Of a stretch of 64,000 bases of DNA, positions 55,734 to 64,000 are shown piece after piece (the stretch's first letter is position 1; each line of letters begins with the position of its first letter). Position numbers and translations under genes: made by a program. The DNA is taken from NCBI GenBank assembly GCA_951406725.2, contig OX597820.1, positions 15,128,001 through 15,192,000 of the forward strand, read 5' to 3'. This DNA is from Octopus vulgaris (Eukaryota). The notes beneath the pieces are model-generated. The model had not been told where the DNA came from, made no database searches, and saw nothing but the letters and a program-made list of their open reading frames with translations.

Positions 55734-58700
55734 AAGATATCGATTTTCCTAAAAGTTATGAGGGAAAAACATCGGATCTTGTTTTCCGAAGCCCCCCCCC
55801 CCCCCGTTGCTTTCCGGGCATTTTTGCTTTCATATTCGTTTCCTACACCTTTTCTTACACTCGTTGCACTATTTTTTTTTCTCGATTTTGTTTCCAGGTA
55901 ATAATGTGAACATTAACCATATTTTATTTTATTGCCCTCAGAAACATAGAAATGTGAAGTAAAGTGTTGACACTGCTAACTCTTTCATGACTTAATTTCT
56001 GATAGGTAATCTGTTTCAATTAATCTTTAGTGCCACTTTAAGCATACAGTATACGTGGCCATTTACACCTCAGCATGCCACCTAACTCTAATTCTGAACC
56101 ATAGCGCTAACCTCAACGTGACCCTTAACGAAGCATGTATACGATGTAAGCAAAAGGAAAAATACAATACAATCGGATAAAGATTAAATCAATTTTAATG
56201 AGGAATATTAAACTTTGAAATGCACTGTAAAGTTTCATGGCAGTACATACACAGTTCAGACAGAGGTGCATATAAAAAATAAGCAAACTTCAAAAATACG
56301 AAATTTTGTCAAAAACGTTCAGAGTAGACCGTGTTCTACGTGACAAGTTCTACCAGTATTCTAAGTTTCAAACTGTTTAGCTAAAAATAAATTAATTGAA
56401 AAATCTGCTCCTCTATCTCTTCCCTGCTTCCTTTATGCTATTCCATTTTCATTGGCAGCAAACAGATCCCACCAAAATTGAAGACAATCTGAACAAAATT
56501 AAAAAAGGTTGATTTTGCGAATGACTAACTAAATCCAATTGCAACCCGCTTCTTATTGGTTGAAGCAATTATGTACCAAGGGAGGCAACTCATCGTTGTC
56601 TTGCGGCGAACTTTCCTACGGCCAAACTTCCTGAGACAAATTTTCCTGCAGCGAACTTTTCTAGAATTCTGTGATATTTTATGTAAAATAATTTGTCTTA
56701 TGTCTTAAGATGGCGTAATGTAAATGTATTGAGTTACTTCCTTTCAATTGTAAAATTACCAGTTATCTTCTTCAACTTATATTTTAATAACAGATTCAGT
56801 GCGAATCAGTCCAGCGACGACAGCTGATCTCTCAGTACTATTAACGTCTTTTTTATTTTATCTTGTTACTTATGTCGTGTGAGAGTGTTGTTATTGTTGG
56901 CTATGGTGGAAGCTGGTTGAGTTAATGAATGGAAATATGTTTCTAAGGCTGCGTGTAGAAGTAACTGAACAGCACCTGGGAACATCTAACAGATTTTATT
57001 ATCGCACATTGTGGAGGCGCGTGGCTTAGTGGTTAGGGTGTCAGCATCATGATCGTAAGCTTGTGGTTTCGATTCCTAGACCGGGCGACGCGTTGTGTTC
57101 ATGAGCAAAACACTTGCTCCAGTCCACTCAGCTGGCAAAAATGAGTATCGCTGCCATGGACTGGCGTCCCGTCCAACTGGGGAACACATACGCCATTGAA
57201 ACCGGGCCCACGAGCCTGGCTACGCTCTAAAAGGGCGCATTAATGTTTTTATTTAATTATCCCACATAATCCGGATCTCCGCTACATCCCAATTTCCAAT
57301 CTTGCTTCCGAACTGATCTTTCTAAGATATCTACGTTCAAGCAATTACTCAAAAACATTAGTGTAATTGAGCGCTATCTTGGCTTTTATATTCTTAGAGA
57401 TTGTTTTGTGTATCTCTAAAGTTAGTTTAATGTTCTGAGAGTTGCCCTTTATTCAGATTATTGCCGTCTCTGTATTTCGTCGACAATCTAATTTTTGAGA
57501 AACTCGAAAGGCCGGTCAATGTAAAGTTCACTTCGGTATCCTGAGCTCAGGCAGCGTTGCCCAAATGTTTCCGGCTCTGGGTTTACATAAATGCTCCTCT
57601 ATCTCTTCCCTGCTTCCTTTATGCTGTTCACTTTGCTTTGGTAGCAAACATTTTCTCCTCTCCAACACGCTCTAGCCCCAACGAGGTGAAGCTCAACAAT
57701 TGAGGGCAAGTTCATGCTTTTAGTTTGATTTCCATCGGGTTCCGTTTTTACTATATTTCCTTACAGTTTGTTTTGTTTATTCTTTTTCAAAATTTACTGT
57801 TTTCTTTGTAAAATAACTGAGTAGAAATAAAGTAAAACTGATAAGTCTTCCAGTGTTGAGTGCGTGTACGGTGGGGGACTTTGGAAATGCCATACAATAG
57901 ATTATACAAAAAAATAAAATATTGCCTAATATCGTTTTACGTTTTTCTTGTTTCAGTTCAGAGCTGCGGCCATGCTGATGCACCGCCGTTTAAAAAACAA
58001 GCAGACCAGCCACCGCTGAGACTTAATGCAAACTCTATATTTGACTTGATGTGGAGGCACAATGACCCAGTGGTTAGGGCAGCGGACTCGCGGTTTCGAT
58101 TCCCAGACCAGGCGTCTTAAGTGTTTATTGAGCGAAAATTCCTAAAGCTCCACGAGTCACGGCAAGGGGTGGTGGTGAACCCTGCTGTACTCTTCCTTCC
58201 TTGTATTTCAAAGGGCTAACCTTGCCACACTCTGTGTCACGCTGAATCTCCCCGAGAACTACGTTAAGGGTGCACGTGTCTGTGGAACGCTCATCCACCT
58301 CGTCGTCGTAACCGACGGAGTGCCACGATTTGTCTTGATAATCAGATGAAAATAAAACTAGACAAGCATATGTATGTTATTGAAGGAAACACTAAGGTCG
58401 AAATACAAAAAAGAACTAATATTTAAGTAAATTAGCAGCTTCTCCTTGAAATAAAAACGAAATACGCGGGCCATAGTCTAATAAACAAGTCGATCGTAAT
58501 GTTAGAAATAACCACCAAATCTCTCTCAAATCACACCCCACCATCTTACAAAAGTAAAAGATACTCTGAACAATGTAGTTCTAGCTCTAGAAAAGAATGG
58601 GGTGGTCACAAATGGAATGTCTTTGCTCATCTGCTTGATTAGGGCTGACTCGGGATGAGACTCAGCGATGGACGGCGAACAGCAGTTATCTCCCATAGCT

Positions 58701-59171
58701 GACAGAAGTACAGCAGTAATTACGTCCCTTGTTTAAGAGTTTCCTCTGCAAATCGATTAATCAAGATAATGAGACTGAATTAACAAAACCGATAGGGTGG
58801 GGTGGGGTGGGTGGTGGTGTTAAACAAGATAAAAAAAAAACGGGAAGAACTGAACAAACATCTTGATAAAATCTAATGATTTTTTAGGCTTTTGTATAAT
58901 TTTTCATGGCCTCAACATTTTACATTGCAACCAATTTGGAAGAAAATAAGCTAAACATATTCCACATGATTCTGTGGTAAAGAAACTTGTTTTGCAACCA
59001 CTTGGTGTCTAGTTCAATCTCATCGCGTGACGCCACAACCAAGTGTCCTCTACTCCTTCAACTAATACCTTGCGAGCAGGGCTGAATTAAGACCCATAGA
59101 GATCATAAGCACTTTAAATATTTTGGTGCCCCCGTATATATAGAATTCAAAATATAAACAATAATAAACCA

Positions 59172-59552
59172 TACTCTTTACTCTTTTACTTGTTTCAGTC
59201 ATTTGACTGCGGCCATGCTGGAGCATCGCCTTTATAGTCGAGCAAATCGACCCCAGAGCTTATTCTTTGTAAGCCTAGTACTTATTCTATCGGTCTTTTA
59301 CCGAACCGCTACGTTATGGGGATGTAAACACACCAGCATCGGCTGTCAGGCGATGCTGGGGGGACAAACAGACACACAAACATATACGCATATATACACA
59401 TATACGACGGGCTCCTTCCAGTTTCCGTCAACCAAATCCACTCACACGGCTATAGTAGAAGTCACTTGCCCAAGGTGCCACGCAGTGGCACTGAACACGG
59501 GACCATGTGGTTGGTAAGCAACCTACTTACCACACAGCCACTCCAGCACCTA
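59172..59552 (-). mobile_element. SINE family A
   Basis: Near full-length copy. Confidence 0.85.
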
Positions 59553-59900
59553 AAATTTTTATTTTTCAAAATAAAACGAATCTAACAGTAAGATGGAAAA
59601 TAATGTTTTATTCTTGTATACTTCCAAATTTTCTCATTCTTTTTAATTGCAGTCTTTGATCACATCTTCAATGTGACACCATGAACACTTCGAAATTATA
59701 TTTCTGGTTACTTCATATAAGATTTAAGCAAATTTAGTGATTTCTTTTGTGCTGTAAACCATTTACTATTTCTGTGATGACTCACCCTTCATTCGATGCC
59801 CTAAGTACGTGCTTATTTTGCATTATGGTTAATCCAGCGGCGCTGCTTGCGAGTGAATTTTGTAGAAGGAAACTGAAAGAAGCCCCTCGTGTGTTTGTAC

Positions 59901-59938
<38 letters not shown>

Positions 59939-60561
59939 AAAATAAGCAACAAGAATGAATCCGGTAATTTAGTACAATTGTTTCATACTACAACATTTTA
60001 TTAAAAGCTGTAAATATTAAACACCAGATTTAAGATGCCAAGTAATCTTCAGCTAATTTTATATAGGTTTTCCAATAATATAAAGTTCTCAGATCAATTA
60101 ATAACATCTTAAATCTGCTGTAATATTTACAGCTTTTAATAAAATGTTGTAGTATGAAACAATTGTACTAAATTACCGGATCCATTCTTGTTGCTTATTT
60201 TTGATTATAATCATCCCGCATATTTTTATGGGTAATACCATAAAAAATTCTGGTGCGTCTAAATTAAGTGCCATATTCATTTGAATCTAAATTGTTGCTG
60301 AACTTATATATATATATATATCGATTAGTTGTCTATAAGTTCACAAAAAATAAAAAAAAGTTCTTTGAGCTGTCCCTCATTAATCTTTCAGCATCCATCG
60401 TTACCCTTCAAAGAGGACTTTGTCTGAGACATTGGATTTTCCTCTCCTCACGTCGAGTTCCCTGTACTCTTTTCATCCATTTTACCACATTTATATAAGC
60501 CTTGCTGACACAGAACAACACCAGCCTCATTGGAGTCTGTATATATATATATATATATATA

Positions 60562-60924
60562 CACTTGCGTCAGAAATTAATTAGCACTTCTCAAATTTCT
60601 ACATTAAATAGGTTAAATCAATTAACCTATGAGCTGTTCAAAACGTCTTACGCGATGAGAAAACTTAGTATGGTGTGATTTCGGTCCTTGCGAGGCGCTA
60701 CCTATATCTATTAAACAAAGGAAGATTTGTCTGCATCCGCACTCCAAGTTGTTGCACTGCTATGTCAACATCATAAGGCTGTAGACTCTCAAACTGCTCT
60801 GCAAACAAAGTTACGTCATCGTTCTGCGCAACAAAGCAATAGTTCGAGATATGGCCACTAGGTGACAGCACATACCTTGAGTGAAGAGCAAATCAAGGGT
60901 GCTAATTAATTTCTGACGGTAGTG
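60562..60924. mobile_element. Tc1/mariner-type MITE
   Basis: 26-bp TIRs CACTTGCGTCAGAAATTAATTAGCAC and GTGCTAATTAATTTCTGACGGTAGTG, flanked by TA. Confidence 0.85.
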
Positions 60925-61012
60925 TATATATGCGTCACGGAGGTGATGACAAGAGACCGAGACCGTTTGCAATATGCTGTGCTTAAGAAGATTTGTTAAA
61001 CTAAGTAAAACC

Positions 61013-61397
61013 GTATTTCTTTACTGCCCGCAGGGGGCTAAACATAGAGGGGTCAAACAAGGACAGACAAAAGGATTAAGTTGATTAACTGGTACTTATT
61101 TAATCGACCCCGAAAGGATGAAAGGTGAATTCGACCTTGGCGGAATTTGAACTCAGAACATAACGGCAGACGAAATACCTATTTCTTTACTACCCACAAG
61201 GAGCTAAACACAGAGGGGACAGACAAACGGATTAAGTCAATTACACCGACCCCAGTGCGTAACTGGTACTTAATTTATCGACCCCGAAAGGATGAAAGGC
61301 AAAGTCGACCTCGGCGAAATTTGAACTCAGAACGTAGCGGCAGACGAATTACCGCTACGCATTTCGCCTGGTGTGCTAACGATTCTGCCAGCTCGCT
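61013..61397 (-). mobile_element. SINE family B dimer
   Basis: Same junction. Confidence 0.82.
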
Positions 61398-61850
61398 GGT
61401 GTTATGTAAATTGCACCCATGTTGGTGACACGTAAAAAAAAAGCACCCATGACACTCTTGGAGTGGTTGGTGTTAGGAAGGACATCCAGCCGTAGAAACC
61501 AAGCCAAATCAGACTGGAGCCTGATTCAGTGTGCGTGTGTGTGTGTGTGCTGTTGGAACAATTTTCCCCTGTTTATTTCGGTATCATCAGGATTTGTTGT
61601 TTTCTGTATTGTATCTTTTTTTTTGTTACTTGCACAGCTTTCACAACCAGAATTGACTGTTTCTTATTATCCGGCACATATTCAAGCTATTAGAGTTACA
61701 AATCATCAGTTACACGCATATCCTGTTTGTCATATGTAAGTTGTGTTTGTGTTTATATTAGCTTTATGTTATGTGTATCGCTTCGATCATTAATTTTTGT
61801 AGGAAATCTATACCGTATAGCTGTATAGTTTATTAATATTTATCTATTTA

Positions 61851-62172
61851 AGGCGGCGAGCTGGCAGAACCGTTAGCACGCAGGGCGAAATGCTTAGCGT
61901 TATTTCGTCTGCCGTTACATTCTGAGTTCAAATTCTGCCGTGGTCGACTTTGTCTTTCATCCTTTCGGGGTTGATAAATTAAGTACCAGTTACGCACTGG
62001 GGTCGATATAATCGACTTAATCCGTTTGTCTGTCCTCTCTGTGTTTAGCCCCTTGTGGGTAGTAAAGGAATAGAAATAGGTACTTCGTCCCTCTTTACAT
62101 TCTGATTTGAAATTCCACCGAGGTCAACTTTGCCTTTCATCTTACCGAAGTCGATAATATAAAAGAACCAGT
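61851..62172 (+). mobile_element. SINE family B dimer
   Basis: Head plus a second partial unit. Confidence 0.8.
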
Positions 62173-62244
62173 TGAATCCGGAACCATGTGGTTGGAAAGC
62201 AAACTACTTACCACACAGCCATTCCTGTGCCTACAAAGCATGTG

Positions 62245-62301
62245 CTCCCAGGCCGGGAATTGAACCTGGGCTGCCTGGGTGAAAGCCAGGAATCCTAACC
62301 A
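62245..62301 (-). pseudogene. tRNA-Glu(TTC) copy lacking the 5' acceptor strand and start of the D arm
   Basis: Minus strand reads TGGTTAGGATTCCTGGCTTTCACCCAGGCAGCCCAGGTTCAATTCCCGGCCTGGGAG: anticodon arm with TTC, T arm and 3' acceptor strand of tRNA-Glu. The 5' ~15 nt are replaced by (AT)n. Confidence 0.85.
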
Positions 62302-62920
62302 TATATATATATATTCTTAATCACATAGCCACATAGCTCATAAAATGAAACAGACTGGTCTGCACCAAGTCAAAAACTTACGCTAATATATTGGTTTGAA
62401 ACTCAGGTTGGGGTAGGGCCAAGTCGATTACACCAACCCCAGTGCACAACTGGTACTTATTTTATAGTGAGGCACTTGTGCTTGTTCTTCTATTGTACTT
62501 TAGCCTCTCAGCATCTGGCTTAAAGCCACCTACTCCCACCCCATACATAGTTGAGGGGACTCTTTCGTGTCCAGCTGTCTTGCAAGTTACTTTGACAACC
62601 TCACTGGTGCCAGTAGCACGAAACAAAGCACTCAATATACATTGTAAAGTGCTTGGCATTAGGAACATCATCAAGCTGTAGAAACCATGCCAAAGTCAAC
62701 ACTGGAACTCAATTGTGACTCACTGGGTTCTGTCAAACCATCAAATCCGATACCAATATGAAAAACATGTTAAATGATGATATGACGATGAAAATAATTT
62801 TTATACCTATTTTCAATTTAAATAAGTACAAAGACTATGATAATTGTTAGCCCAATAAAGTTTACAAACTTATTATCAGAAAACTGTTGTACAATATTTA
62901 CTTTCTTTTTGCTTCCAGAC

Positions 62921-63215
62921 ATCATCATCATCATTTAACGTCCGCTTTCCATGCTATCATGGGTTGCACAATTTGACTGAGGTCTGGCGAACCAGATGGC
63001 TGTACCAGACTCCAATCTGATCTGGCAGAGTTTCTACAGCTGGATGCCCTTCCTAACGTCAACCACTCTGAGAGTGTAGTGGGTGCTTTTACGTGCCACC
63101 AGCAAGAAGGCCAGTCAGGCGGTATTGGCAACGGCCATGCTCAAATGGTGCTTTTTACGTGCCACCTGCACAGGAGCCAGTCCAGCGGCACTGACAACGA
63201 CCTTGCTCGAATGTT
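62921..63215 (-). mobile_element. Retroposon 3' part with (GAT)n tail (copies ~48853-49005, 52092-52270, 52900-53050, 61400-61525)
   Basis: Shared GGTTG.CGTTAGGAAGGGCATCCAGCTGTAGAAAC...CCATG..AGCATGGAAAGCGGACGTTAAATGATGATG. Confidence 0.7.
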
Positions 63216-64000
63216 TTTTTTTTTATCTAAAGCATCATCATCATCATATGATGATCAAGGAAGGTGAAAAATTTTTTTTATCACCGCTGTATAAATCTTC
63301 CGTTTGTAATTTGAATTCTGCCATTAATGAGGACTGCTTCCGTTCTGGCACATCTGATGAAGTAGATGCTGAGGTATCGATTCATACTTGCCATTTAAAG
63401 GTTAACGACTTACCACCGCTTCATCATAATACAATAGAGAAACAATTGGAATTACATCGATGACAAGAAGATACTCCAGGTTGTTTTTAATAACTAAAGC
63501 TTTATTCTAACTTGACATGCACAAAATTTAAGAAAATAGAAAAAAAAAAAAAAATCAAATAAAGACAATGAAATTAAAAGAAAGAAACAATAAAAACTTG
63601 AAATAAATAAATTCAATTAAAACTTTACTATAGTCAAAAACTAATACAATATTTGTCATTAAAAAAAAATTAATAATTAAAATGTTTCTATTGATATTGT
63701 TTAATATAAAATGTCTTTCTCTTAGGATTTGTAACATGCCTCATGAAAAAACTTCCAGAATATAAGGGTTCATCTTTTACTTTTGGTTTTTTTTTCTTGA
63801 GCCAGAATTATCTGGCTGTTTGTTTTACTTTATCAGTTTTGTTTTACCTCATAAGTCCTGCAAAACCACAGATGAACTATAAAATATTTGTATATATATA
63901 TATAAGTGCATGTTTGTATGTGTACATATATACATATATATTTATACACACACTCATGCAAAACAGTTCCTTGTTTTAATTATATATGCATTTTTTTTAT

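Noticed and set aside
61573-61592. Minus-strand CTGATGA-TACC-GAAA
   Set aside because: Stem II is absent and there is no NUH triplet or stem I.
63083-63463. 126-aa ORF near the window end
   Set aside because: It starts inside a retroposon copy and the remainder has no recognisable domain. It may be UTR of a gene outside the window.

Overview
Repeat-saturated, AT-rich animal genomic DNA. The SINE families and dense microsatellites suggest a cephalopod such as octopus; this is an inference. Only one host protein gene is supported: a 3-exon mitochondrial ribosomal protein bL27m gene (MRPL27) on the minus strand (CDS 54308-54254, 52526-52348, 50485-50291; 142 aa). There is one near-complete U6 snRNA copy with an upstream TATA box and one 5'-truncated tRNA-Glu(TTC) copy, and each is followed almost immediately by the head of the same SINE family. 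The rest is mobile DNA: three tRNA-derived SINE families; a nest of R4/Dong-like RLE LINEs plus a Tx1-like LINE in (AAT)n arrays; Penelope-like, HERO-like, CR1, RTE and Gypsy fragments; Helitron-, pogo/Tc1- and piggyBac-type non-autonomous elements; and long microsatellites. Most ORFs in the supplied track are microsatellite or SINE artefacts. The most notable unexplained signals are several hammerhead-ribozyme folds inside Penelope-like or fold-back elements, a ~240-bp duplication flanking a Dong-like LINE, SINE multimers and chimeras enclosed by single TSD pairs, and the Pol III gene-SINE junctions. Repeat boundaries were read by eye and are approximate.
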